IMG/VR virus record: IMGVR_UViG_3300043418_000120
Location: 32,001 to 96,000 of that record
Length of the DNA: 64,000 nt
Direction: 5' to 3' (one strand)
Source of the DNA: a virus
In this document: piece after piece, positions 54,359 through 63,881 of the stretch
Layout: each line of letters opens with the position of its first letter
Numbering within the stretch: position 1 is the stretch's first letter
Position numbers and translations under genes: made by a program
The notes under the pieces: generated by a model
Database searches by the model: none
What the model was told of the DNA's origin: nothing
What the model saw: only the letters and a program-made list of their open reading frames with translations

Positions 54359-55663
54359 ATGGCGTCAATTGTAGGTAGCTCAAAATACGGTGAAGGACAT
54401 AAGGTTGTTCTGAAAGAAGCCAGTAAGATGGCAGCTACCACTGTATCCGCATTCTCAGAACATAAGTACAAAGCTGGCGAAGCGGTCTTTGAGATTGCTA
54501 AGAAGGTATCCATCAAAGAAATCAACACAATCATCCAGATTGGTGCTGGTAAAGACAGCATTATGTTAAAGGACACCAAGGGTAAGTATGTCTTACTCAA
54601 AGGTTCCGAATCCTCAATCAACAATTCCTTCAATCACTTCAGCGATAACTCTAAGAGCAACACTGGCGATCTTACTGAACTGAAAGAAATTGTCAGCATG
54701 TATTTGTTCGAGTCGATCGTTGAGAACAACAAACTTCTAACTGAAGACCAGCTAATCAAGAAGCTGGGCGACAAGGCTAAACTCTACAAGACACTGTATT
54801 ACACAAGTGCCAAGGCTCAAGCTGATGAGTTGAAGAAGTTTATGAAGGGCGCAAAGGGTTATACCTACGAACGCCAACAACAAGACAAAACAGTTGCGAT
54901 CTATGCTCTTGGTCGTAAGTTATCTGGCAAAGCCAACGACAACTGGAATCCTGCTGACGTATGGATGTTCAAGAAGGCTATGAAGCTAGACACTATCCTT
55001 GCTTCTAAGTCAATTGACGAGCTCAACAGCCACATTGCCAATGCCTTTAAGAAGAAGGAAATTATCCCAATCTCCTTGAAGCAAGTTGAAGGCGATAAGG
55101 CTAAGATGGATATTGTCGACCCATCGTCGCAAATGACACAGAAGCTCGACTACGACATGACATTCCTGAAGGTTGACTTGTCTGACACATTTGCCAACTT
55201 CATTGTTCAAACCAAATCTGGTTTCGCTGTTCGATGCGGATTTAAAGCATCGGCAACTACACTGAACGTATCACTAGAAGGTCGCTTCATCGGCGCAGGT
55301 TTCCAACTTGGTGCTGTTGATGCTAAGCAGTATGGACCACACGTTAAACAAAACTACAACTACCAAGTGCGTAGTGGTGTTGGTGTTACATCTGTTGACC
55401 ACACAAAAGCGAAAGCCGAACTGAAAGCAATGTTCGCTGCGTATCCTCGCCTATCTAATACATTGAAAGATTATAAGCAAGCTGAAGCTATCTTCAACAA
55501 GGCTGATAAACTTACCAAGGATAGATTCGCAAACCTAATCTCTTACTTGTATAGTTTCTTGATGGCACCGAAGGGCGCTAAGTTTAAAGACAATATGACA
55601 TTCTGCTACTTCAGCTCAAAGAAGCTGACTGCTGGTAGCTGTATCTATACAATCATCCACTAA
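54359..55663 (+). CDS. putative PD-(D/E)xK restriction-fold nuclease
   Basis: TELKE...DNWNPADVW...IPISLK resembles an E...PD...(S)xK catalytic arrangement. Confidence 0.55.
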   Translation: MASIVGSSKYGEGHKVVLKEASKMAATTVSAFSEHKYKAGEAVFEIAKKVSIKEINTIIQIGAGKDSIMLKDTKGKYVLLKGSESSINNSFNHFSDNSKSNTGDLTELKEIVSMYLFESIVENNKLLTEDQLIKKLGDKAKLYKTLYYTSAKAQADELKKFMKGAKGYTYERQQQDKTVAIYALGRKLSGKANDNWNPADVWMFKKAMKLDTILASKSIDELNSHIANAFKKKEIIPISLKQVEGDKAKMDIVDPSSQMTQKLDYDMTFLKVDLSDTFANFIVQTKSGFAVRCGFKASATTLNVSLEGRFIGAGFQLGAVDAKQYGPHVKQNYNYQVRSGVGVTSVDHTKAKAELKAMFAAYPRLSNTLKDYKQAEAIFNKADKLTKDRFANLISYLYSFLMAPKGAKFKDNMTFCYFSSKKLTAGSCIYTIIH

Positions 55664-55671
55664 GGAACAAC

Positions 55672-56847
55672 ATGAAATCGTTTCTACAATATATTACCGA
55701 GGAAGCTGAAGGCGCGAAGCTAAAGCATATTCACCATGCTGAAGATCGTCCTCTGTATCACGGAGCTAAAGGCTTCGAGCATGCGCATGGCGCATTGACA
55801 CAGGCTCACCAGCATATGGTAAGTGGACACTCTAATAGCAACCTGACAATGAAGTATGACGGTTCTCCAGCTGTTGTTTATGGACATCACCCTGAGAATG
55901 GTAAATTCTTCGTCGCTTCTAAGTCTGCGTTCAACAAGAACCCAAAGCTGAACTACACTCACGCCGATATCCAAAAGCATCATGGCCATGCTCCTGGACT
56001 TGTGGATAAGTTGGGCGCGGCTCTTTCTCACCTACCAAAAGTTGCGCCAAAGAAAGGTGTCTATCAAGGCGACCTGATGCATAGTCATACTGACGTTGAG
56101 CATCACAAAAGTGGCTCAGCTTCATTTACGCCAAACACCATCAAGTACACTGCTCATGGCGCGGAGGCAGCTGCTGTTAAGAAGTCAAAGGTTGGTGTTG
56201 TTACTCATACACAATATCACGGTAAAGATATTACCTCGATGGCCGCATCGCCACACGTCGATCACCACAACTTTAAACAACATCCAGACGTATACCAAAA
56301 GTCTGCTGAGCACGACACAAGTAAGGTAAAGTACCCGAAGGCTGCTCAACAGAAATTCCTACACCACATCGGCGCAGCGCATGATATCCACAAGGAACAT
56401 GGCGCTAAGATGTACTCAGCTATACACCCACAACATGCTGGCGAAGCTGGTCATCTTGGTACATATATTAACCAAACAGTTCGTACTGGTGCAAAGCCAT
56501 CTGCTAAAGGTTTCCAGCAACACTTGACTGCTAAACATCAAGCAGCTGCTGATAAGTTGAAGAGCGAAGCGGGTAAGAGCAAGAAAACTACTGAGGGAGC
56601 TGCTCACGTTGCTCACGTTGAGAAGAACAAACCTCATTACGAAAATCTATTGAAGATGCATCAGCATATTCATGATGCCAAGAACGTTCTAGTGAAGCAT
56701 CTAGAAACACACGAAGGCGGTCTAGACCATCACATTGGAACAAAGAAGTCGAAGCCAGAAGGCTTTGTTGTTAACCACGCTAATGAGCCAACGAAGCTAG
56801 TCAATCGCGCTGAGTTTGCCAGAGCCAACCTACTGAAGACACGATAA
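55672..56847 (+). CDS. His-rich RNA-ligase-like nucleotidyltransferase (DUF6267-like), probable internal head protein
   Basis: MKYDGSPA (KxDG), YQGDLM, PEGFV, KLVNR; N-terminus MKSFLQYITEE. Confidence 0.7.
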   Translation: MKSFLQYITEEAEGAKLKHIHHAEDRPLYHGAKGFEHAHGALTQAHQHMVSGHSNSNLTMKYDGSPAVVYGHHPENGKFFVASKSAFNKNPKLNYTHADIQKHHGHAPGLVDKLGAALSHLPKVAPKKGVYQGDLMHSHTDVEHHKSGSASFTPNTIKYTAHGAEAAAVKKSKVGVVTHTQYHGKDITSMAASPHVDHHNFKQHPDVYQKSAEHDTSKVKYPKAAQQKFLHHIGAAHDIHKEHGAKMYSAIHPQHAGEAGHLGTYINQTVRTGAKPSAKGFQQHLTAKHQAAADKLKSEAGKSKKTTEGAAHVAHVEKNKPHYENLLKMHQHIHDAKNVLVKHLETHEGGLDHHIGTKKSKPEGFVVNHANEPTKLVNRAEFARANLLKTR

Positions 56848-57311
56848 TGATCTCATTCAAACAATACCTAGAAGAAGCCAAGCGTGGCTTGTGGGATAAC
56901 ATCCACGCAAAGCGCGAACGTATTAAGAACGGTTCAGGCGAGCGTATGCGAAAGCCAGGAAGTAAAGGCGCACCAACCGCTGCGAACTTGAAACAAGCTG
57001 CAGAATCGGTCGAGCACGAATGCGAGTGCGAAGAGAAGTGCGGATGCGATACTGTTCTTGAAGACGCTAAGGGGTACAAGAACCCAACAGGAGGTCTTAC
57101 CCAGAAAGGCAGAGACCATTATAATCGCGAAACTGGCGGAAACTTGAAAGCGCCAGTCACAACTCCTCCTTCTAAGCTAAAGAAGGGTAGCAAAGCTGCT
57201 AATCGCCGTAAGTCATTCTGCGCTAGAATGTCTGGCGTAGAAGGTCCAATGAAAGATGACAAAGGTCGTCCAACCCGCAAGGCTCTTGCTCTAAGAAAGT
57301 GGAACTGCTAA
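56847..57311 (+). CDS. basic probable internal head protein (DUF6321-like)
   Basis: MISFKQYLEE; GGLTQKGR...RRKSFCARM...ALRKWNC. Confidence 0.7.
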   Translation: MISFKQYLEEAKRGLWDNIHAKRERIKNGSGERMRKPGSKGAPTAANLKQAAESVEHECECEEKCGCDTVLEDAKGYKNPTGGLTQKGRDHYNRETGGNLKAPVTTPPSKLKKGSKAANRRKSFCARMSGVEGPMKDDKGRPTRKALALRKWNC

Positions 57312-57925
57312 TGAAAAGATTTATCGACTATTTGTTCGAAGCTGCCGAGAAGCATCATGTGCTTGCGTTCGGTCGTATGAACCCAATCACTTCTGGTCAC
57401 GAGGCTGTTGTTAACAAGGTACACGATGTTGCCAAGAAACATAAAGCTGATCACACTGTTGTTGTTTCACATAGCCAAGACGCTAAGAAGAATCCTTTGA
57501 CTGGTGAACAAAAGGTTAAACATGCCAGCCGAGCATTCCCTGGAACAAAGGTGAAGTCTGCTAGCAAGGAACACCCTACAATCCTACACCATGCTGCTGA
57601 ACTACACAAGGCTGGCGTGCAACACTTACACGTTGTAGCTGGTTCTGACCGCCACCATGAGATGCATACACTGCTTCATAAATACAACAACGGCGAAAGC
57701 CATAAGCATGGTTCTTACCACTTCAAGTCTATCACAGTACACTCTTCAGGCGCACGCGACCCTGACGCTGAAGGAACAACTGGTATGTCTGCTAGCAAGA
57801 TGCGCGAACATGCTAGTAAAGGCGAGAAGGATAAATTCCATGCAGGCGCTCCATCAAAGATGAGCACTAAACACAAAGACGAAATGTATCATGAAGTAAG
57901 AAAGGGCATGGGGCACCATGACTGA
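57311..57925 (+). CDS. His-rich HxGH-class (cytidylyltransferase-like) nucleotidyltransferase
   Basis: FGRMNPITSGH, KKNPL, VAGSDR, GMSASKMR; N-terminus MKRFIDYLFE. Confidence 0.85.
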   Translation: MKRFIDYLFEAAEKHHVLAFGRMNPITSGHEAVVNKVHDVAKKHKADHTVVVSHSQDAKKNPLTGEQKVKHASRAFPGTKVKSASKEHPTILHHAAELHKAGVQHLHVVAGSDRHHEMHTLLHKYNNGESHKHGSYHFKSITVHSSGARDPDAEGTTGMSASKMREHASKGEKDKFHAGAPSKMSTKHKDEMYHEVRKGMGHHD

Positions 57926-58877
57926 TTTAAACGATCTGTTCAAAGCAGCAGCTGACGAGAAGAGAAAACTCCGAGAGCAGCAAGAAAACTCTCCAGCTGG
58001 CAAGGCGTTGAAGGCAGTCCAAGAACGCCTAAAAGAACAGAACGAAATCGCTGCGCTATTTAGAGCCAAGCAAGCAGAAGTTGTTCAAGAAGCCATTCCT
58101 GAATTTGTGCCAGAACCGACTCCGACTGCAGCGCCAGATAACCTTGTCAATGCGGCAGTTACTGTTGCTCAGCAAACCAATCACGACTCGTTCCAGCAGC
58201 CAGCGCCTCAGCAAATTGACCAGAATATTGCTGCAATGATCAAGAAGATGCAATTCCTTGAGCAAGCTATTGGCAAGATTGCCGCTACTGGGCCAGGATC
58301 TGGTGAAGTAAACCTTCGATGGTTGGACGACGTTGATAGAAGCACGATACAAGATAATCGTTATCTGCGCTACAGCGCTGCAAGTAAAAAGTTCATCTTC
58401 GATGACGTTGATGCTGTTGGAGAGTATCTTACATTTTGGGACACAACCAGTAGAAACGTCACACAATCTGCGCAATATTTGCTAGAGCTGAACTCAACAA
58501 ATGGGTCTCGAAACATAACACTAGAGAATTCTTCTAAGATAACATTTACTAAAGCTGGCACATACATCATCAGTTACAGTTTACAGCTGGTTAATACTGG
58601 AAACGAACAGGAAGATGTGAATGTGTGGATCAAGAAAAATGGCCAAAACGTTGAAGACACAAACAGCATCTTTACTGTACCAGCAAGAAAGAATACGTCA
58701 ATTACTGGTAAGATGGTAGCTACTTCACCGATACCTGTTGATGTAAATGCTGGCGACTACATTCAAGTTTACCTGCATACAGACTCAAGTACTGTGAATA
58801 TTGATACTGTTAACGACGATTCTGTACATGGAATTCCTAGATCCCCCAGCGCAATTTTAGTTGTAACTAAAATGTAA
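57918..58877 (+). CDS. probable structural protein with C-terminal C1q/jelly-roll-like domain
   Basis: GSGEVNLRWLDDVD; ITFTKAGTYIISYSLQ...VWIKKNG...AGDYIQV. Confidence 0.65.
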   Translation: MTDLNDLFKAAADEKRKLREQQENSPAGKALKAVQERLKEQNEIAALFRAKQAEVVQEAIPEFVPEPTPTAAPDNLVNAAVTVAQQTNHDSFQQPAPQQIDQNIAAMIKKMQFLEQAIGKIAATGPGSGEVNLRWLDDVDRSTIQDNRYLRYSAASKKFIFDDVDAVGEYLTFWDTTSRNVTQSAQYLLELNSTNGSRNITLENSSKITFTKAGTYIISYSLQLVNTGNEQEDVNVWIKKNGQNVEDTNSIFTVPARKNTSITGKMVATSPIPVDVNAGDYIQVYLHTDSSTVNIDTVNDDSVHGIPRSPSAILVVTKM

Positions 58878-58882
58878 ATCTA

Positions 58883-58889
58883 ATAAATA
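58883..58889 (+). promoter_or_regulatory. candidate late promoter ATAAATA
   Basis: TAATAAATA in an intergenic gap. Confidence 0.6.
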
Positions 58890-58918
58890 AGTCATATATT
58901 TTAACATAGATGGATTAA

Positions 58919-60811
58919 ATGAAAGCATATAGTCAGTTCCTAAAAGAGCTGCCTTCAAAGAAGGTAGTATTTGCGTATGGCGATTTTCAAGCGCCAACGA
59001 ATGGTCACGAACTTCTCATCAAAACGGTTGAGAAAGTTGCCAATGAGCAGGCTGTGCCTCATGTAATCTACACATCTCAGAAGACCCTTGCTGCTGATCG
59101 CAAGGCTCACTATCTGAAAAGAATGTTCCCAGAAGCCAATATCAAAGCTGCTGGGAACACACTCATTGAGGCAGCTAAAGACCTCAACAAGAAATACAAA
59201 AGCATCATTCTAGTTACTGGCGTTGACCAAGTAACTGAGTGTAAGAAGCTCCTAGAATCCAAAAACGGAAAAGAATATAACTTCGACACAATCACAGTAG
59301 TTTCTACTGGCGAGCGCGACGCTGATCTAGATACAACAGCCATCAAAGCTGCCAAGAAGGGCGATATTGAGTCATTCAAAGAAAGCCTTTGTCAGTCTAT
59401 CACATCAACCGATGCTATGCGCCTAATGAATGAGTTGAGAAGCGTTCACGATCTAGACCCAATTAAGCAAGATTTGAAGATCGCTACCGACTGGCTACGT
59501 GAGTCATATTTCCGTGGTGAGATCTATCAAATCGGCGACTTGGTTGAGTCGCAAGAAAAGACATTTGAAGTTGTTGATCGAGGTAGTAATTACCTTGTAG
59601 TTCTAGATGAGTCGGGAAAGACATTCCGCAAATGGCTCAAAGATATCCAGCCATCCACTTCTAACGACAGTATCGTTGAAAAACAAAACGATATCCTCGA
59701 AGCAACGAAGTGGTCTCCATCAGATAAAATCAAAGTAGCTAAGATTGTTGCTGGCGCACTAGGTGTTCAGAATCTAAACAGCACATCTAATCCAGAGCAA
59801 CTTGTTAACAACGCCCTGCGCTTTGTTCGTAACAAGCCAATGCGTCCAGAGTATGTTGCTATTCTAAAGAGAATGCTGCAGACTGCTAAGGAAGTTGGTA
59901 TTGATTTTGACGAGAAACTAATCCCACACAAAGTCGACGAAGCGCGCATGAGCGCAGCTGTTAAACTTCAGCGCGCATTCGAGCGCGAGCAAGAGAAGTC
60001 CGCAGCAAGCCGCAAGCGTGGCGAAGAATTGCTAAACCCAAAGAAACCAGAAGAGAAGAAGCCAGTCGCTGAGCATATCGTTAAGACTGGCTCAGGGTAT
60101 AAGCTGCTATCTAAGAAGACTGGTAAGAATCTTGGCACTGCTACAAGCAAGGCTGGTATTCTAAAGCGCGAGCGTGAAGTTGAATACTTCAAACACGTCA
60201 AAGAAGAAGCTGCCTTTGAAAAGGATGACGATATCCTAAAGGCAACTAACAACATCGACGATAACGCAAGAGTCTTCGACAGCGACATCTCTAAGATTAA
60301 AGAAATTGATCACGTCATCCACGCATATGACGACAAAGAACTTGCGTTTGTTGACCACGATACTGGTGAACACGTAGGTGATGTCCACGATGACGATAAG
60401 AAAACTGGCCAGCGTATTGAGCAGCCAGCAACTGAGACTGACGAATACCAAGGTTCTCGTTATGTCAAGGAAGAATACCTTGAAGAAGGCTTGAGTCGTA
60501 TGGAACGTATTATGCGTAAGCAACGTTTCATGAGAACTAAGTCAAAGCGCGAGCAGAGAGTTAAGATTGCTCTTCGCAAATCATCAAATATCATCACAAT
60601 GAGTAAACGCGCTCGACGCCTTGCTACTCATATGATCAAGACACGCATCCTGAGAAAAGATCCAGAGACTGCGTCGATCCCAGAAAAAGAACGAGTTGAG
60701 GCTCTTCTAAAGAAACGTCCGTTGTTGGTGAACCGTTTGGCTTCTCGCCTACTACCTAAGCTGCGTGAAGTTGAGAAGAACAGACTACGTCACCACAAAT
60801 ACACAAAATAA
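58919..60811 (+). CDS. multi-domain protein with degenerate cytidylyltransferase-like N-terminus; probable internal head protein
   Basis: YGDFQAPTNGH; LRESYFRGEIYQIGD..RGSNY..RKWL; N-terminus MKAYSQFLKE. Confidence 0.75.
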   Translation: MKAYSQFLKELPSKKVVFAYGDFQAPTNGHELLIKTVEKVANEQAVPHVIYTSQKTLAADRKAHYLKRMFPEANIKAAGNTLIEAAKDLNKKYKSIILVTGVDQVTECKKLLESKNGKEYNFDTITVVSTGERDADLDTTAIKAAKKGDIESFKESLCQSITSTDAMRLMNELRSVHDLDPIKQDLKIATDWLRESYFRGEIYQIGDLVESQEKTFEVVDRGSNYLVVLDESGKTFRKWLKDIQPSTSNDSIVEKQNDILEATKWSPSDKIKVAKIVAGALGVQNLNSTSNPEQLVNNALRFVRNKPMRPEYVAILKRMLQTAKEVGIDFDEKLIPHKVDEARMSAAVKLQRAFEREQEKSAASRKRGEELLNPKKPEEKKPVAEHIVKTGSGYKLLSKKTGKNLGTATSKAGILKREREVEYFKHVKEEAAFEKDDDILKATNNIDDNARVFDSDISKIKEIDHVIHAYDDKELAFVDHDTGEHVGDVHDDDKKTGQRIEQPATETDEYQGSRYVKEEYLEEGLSRMERIMRKQRFMRTKSKREQRVKIALRKSSNIITMSKRARRLATHMIKTRILRKDPETASIPEKERVEALLKKRPLLVNRLASRLLPKLREVEKNRLRHHKYTK

Positions 60812-60822
60812 TAGGAGCCGAT

Positions 60823-61254
60823 ATGGAATTAGAAATGTCCCTGAGAGTTGCCCTTGGCAATACTTTCATTATGTACTTCAAGGCGCATAGCCACCACTGG
60901 AATGTGGTTGGTATTGAGTTCTCTCAACTACACTCTTTCTTCGGCGATATCTACGAAGACGCATTCGACGCAGTTGACGGCTTGGCCGAAGAGCTCCGCG
61001 CTCTGAATGTAATGGCTCCAAAGACTTTGTCTGAAATGTACCATTATAAGACAATTAGCGAAGGAAATGTCGCTGTAACTGCTACAGAGATGCTGGAAGA
61101 CCTCAAAAATGCGAATGACGGAGTAATTGAATCCCTAAATAAGTCATTAGAGATCGCGACTCGTGAAAATAAGCAAGGGCTTGTTAACATGTTAGCCGAT
61201 CGTATCGACAAACATAGCAAGCACGGCTGGATGATTGGGAGTCACCTAAAATGA
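60823..61254 (+). CDS. dps: Dps-like ferritin
   Basis: KAHSHHWNVVG..F..LH..F...Y......D.LAE.LRAL; KHGWM. Confidence 0.9.
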   Translation: MELEMSLRVALGNTFIMYFKAHSHHWNVVGIEFSQLHSFFGDIYEDAFDAVDGLAEELRALNVMAPKTLSEMYHYKTISEGNVAVTATEMLEDLKNANDGVIESLNKSLEIATRENKQGLVNMLADRIDKHSKHGWMIGSHLK

Positions 61255-63308
61255 GTTACGACGATAACCGCACTGGATTTACTAAGCGCCCTCGTGAGGA
61301 CGACGAAGGTCACAGCAAGCCAAAATTCAAAGCCAAGTCTACAATGGATCGCCCACATACTGTTCACGTGGACGGTAAGGCATGGAAGAAGTTCGACAAT
61401 GGACACCAAGCTCATGCTGCAGCCAAGACCCTAGAAGCTAAAGGTAAGAAAGCAACTGCTATCGCTCACTTCAAGGAAGAAGCTGTCGATGAATCTATGA
61501 CTGATTCATGGAAGAGCGTTCAATCAATGGACAAAGGTTCTGTTCTTTCTGGTAAAGATGGCGCTAAGAAACGCCTTGCTTACTTGAACGCTGTTCATGC
61601 CCACCACAAGAAATTTGGCAATGATACTAAGAAAGTCAAGAGTGAGATTGAAAGTATCAATCGCTCACGTGTTGCTGAGGAAGTTGAACAAGTTAAAGAA
61701 GACACTCTTGTTGAAGGCTCATACGAAAAAGCTGAAGAAAATAAGCGTTCGGCTGAAGCAGCTAAGTCTCAAGCTAGACCATTCGACTACCATATGCATA
61801 TGGCTGACCACCACGACAATATGTCGCAGTGGCATGCATCAAAGGGTCGTCATGGCGAAGCAGATCGTCATGGAGAAAAATCTGACGAACATCACGAAAA
61901 AGCTATGTCTCTTAAAGAAGCTACTGCATACTACAACAAACCATCTTTCCTGAAGAAGATGGGTCGCGTCGCTAAGCAAGAACGTTTGGCTCGCGAGAAA
62001 AAAGAAAAGGAAGCCAAACCAGTGAAAGAAGATACTGATCTAGACGAAGGTCTTAAGCCAGGATGGATGCTAAAAGCTGACACGAATTTGGCCACTAAAC
62101 TCAAAGCGCAACTAGACCGCAAGAAGCACGTTCTTGGTAAACCAAGTCCAGGATATAAGCCCGATGAACCAAAGAAGAAAGTTTCTGAGGAAGTTAAGGT
62201 TTCTACAAACTCTTACGGCAAGAAGTCGACTCGTGAAGTATTGAACGCACTAAGCGGCAAGCAAGATATGTCTCCAGTCCAACAAGACATTAGCCCTGAT
62301 GCTTCTAAGAAGCCAGTTGGTAAAGTGTTGTCTGCTCTGAAGGGCAAACAAACAATGTCGCCAGTGAAGGAAGAAGTTCTCGACGAAGCTCGCGTTAATG
62401 GTCGCGAGTACGCGAGCCATGGTTTGATGCACCCTGATCACGCTAAGATGGACATCCATAAAGTATCTGGCCAACACGTCGACTTCTACGCTAGCAAGAC
62501 TGGTGATAAGATGCAAGGTAAGGTTGTTAAGAACGACGGCAAACACGTTCACATCCAAGCGCATTCCGATAAAGAAATCGGCGATGGTAAGCTACATAAA
62601 TTCAAAGTTCAAAGCTCACTGCCAACACAACACAACGAAGAAAAACAACCAGAAGGTTTGTATTCTTCAAAGCGTCAAGAAACTGACGGACAGCGTATTG
62701 CTCGTCTAGCTAAAGAAAAGCGCCAATCTGAGAAGAAAGAAAAGGTTGAAGAAGCTAAGAAAGAAGCCGCAGTAATGTGCGCTAACTGTGGTAAGCCATA
62801 TCACAAAGGTGAGTGTGATGGTGAACCAGAAAAAGAACTCAAAGAGGAAGAAGGTTATACACTTCACTCTAAGGAAACAAATGCGGACGGTACAATTACA
62901 ATCATCTTAAAGTCGCCAAGCGGCAAGTTGATCCGTCACAAAGGCAAAGGCGCAGCCAATGCTGTTAAGCAACGCTATGGCATTCAATCTGGCGTTCAGG
63001 AAGAAACTGAAACTCTAACAAAGGAAGACACGATGATCAATTCATTCAAATCATACATGCAAGAAGATCTGGACGAGGCAGCATGGCCAGGTACGCCAGA
63101 GTACAAAGCTAAATTCCCTGAAGTTAAGCGACTAGCTAAAGGCGAAAAGCAAAAGGGTGCTAAGGGCACTATCACTGGTACTGGTACTGGTGTTAAACAC
63201 GAACGTGATTACGAAAAGGCTGAGAAGGAGACTGGCGCTTCAGAAACTCAAGAGAAGCGTGGTCGTGGTCGTCCAAAAGGTTCAGCTTCTGGCGCTCGTC
63301 AAAAGTAA
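61251..63308 (+). CDS. Lys/His-rich modular protein, probable internal head polyprotein
   Basis: Short modules separated by (V/L)xE(E/A/D/G) linkers; C-terminal AT-hook KRGRGRPKG. Confidence 0.7.
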   Translation: MSYDDNRTGFTKRPREDDEGHSKPKFKAKSTMDRPHTVHVDGKAWKKFDNGHQAHAAAKTLEAKGKKATAIAHFKEEAVDESMTDSWKSVQSMDKGSVLSGKDGAKKRLAYLNAVHAHHKKFGNDTKKVKSEIESINRSRVAEEVEQVKEDTLVEGSYEKAEENKRSAEAAKSQARPFDYHMHMADHHDNMSQWHASKGRHGEADRHGEKSDEHHEKAMSLKEATAYYNKPSFLKKMGRVAKQERLAREKKEKEAKPVKEDTDLDEGLKPGWMLKADTNLATKLKAQLDRKKHVLGKPSPGYKPDEPKKKVSEEVKVSTNSYGKKSTREVLNALSGKQDMSPVQQDISPDASKKPVGKVLSALKGKQTMSPVKEEVLDEARVNGREYASHGLMHPDHAKMDIHKVSGQHVDFYASKTGDKMQGKVVKNDGKHVHIQAHSDKEIGDGKLHKFKVQSSLPTQHNEEKQPEGLYSSKRQETDGQRIARLAKEKRQSEKKEKVEEAKKEAAVMCANCGKPYHKGECDGEPEKELKEEEGYTLHSKETNADGTITIILKSPSGKLIRHKGKGAANAVKQRYGIQSGVQEETETLTKEDTMINSFKSYMQEDLDEAAWPGTPEYKAKFPEVKRLAKGEKQKGAKGTITGTGTGVKHERDYEKAEKETGASETQEKRGRGRPKGSASGARQK

Positions 63309-63337
63309 ACCAATAACAATAACAAAGGAGAACAACC

Positions 63338-63850
63338 ATGGCACTATGGGGAAAACAAGACGCTGCTGCTCTTTCGCAAGGCACAACAATTGGCGTTACT
63401 AACGGCTCGACAGCCGTAACAGGTTCTGGTACAGCTTTCTTGAGCGATATCAAGAACGGCGACACACTAGTAATCGCATCACCAACAACACAGATTAAGT
63501 ATCGCGTGTTGTCAGTTACATCTAACACTGCTCTAGTGTTGGCCGATAACTTCCAAGGAACAACAAACGCTACATTGGCTGTTGCTAAAGTTCAAGTTCA
63601 ACAATCGCCAAAGTTTGTTTACCAAGCTGCTGTTCCAGTAACTGGTTCTGGCGCATTGGCAGAAGTGTTTGGTGTTGACGCAGTTGAAGCTAAAGTTGCT
63701 TCTAACCCAAAGGTGGCAAGTCCAGGTTGGGTTCGTGTTAAGACTGGTACAGGCGGTCGCTCAGGTCGCGTCACTACTGAAGTTTTGGTAGCAGGTCGTA
63801 CTCTGATTGCTGGCGATAATGGCGACGATTCTACGTTTGCTGACGCTTAA
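63338..63850 (+). CDS. probable virion structural protein
   Basis: MALWG..; VTNGSTAVTGSGTAF; PGWV...GRV.TEVLVA. Confidence 0.7.
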   Translation: MALWGKQDAAALSQGTTIGVTNGSTAVTGSGTAFLSDIKNGDTLVIASPTTQIKYRVLSVTSNTALVLADNFQGTTNATLAVAKVQVQQSPKFVYQAAVPVTGSGALAEVFGVDAVEAKVASNPKVASPGWVRVKTGTGGRSGRVTTEVLVAGRTLIAGDNGDDSTFADA

Positions 63851-63881
63851 TAAATAAACTGAATAACAGAGGAACATAAAC

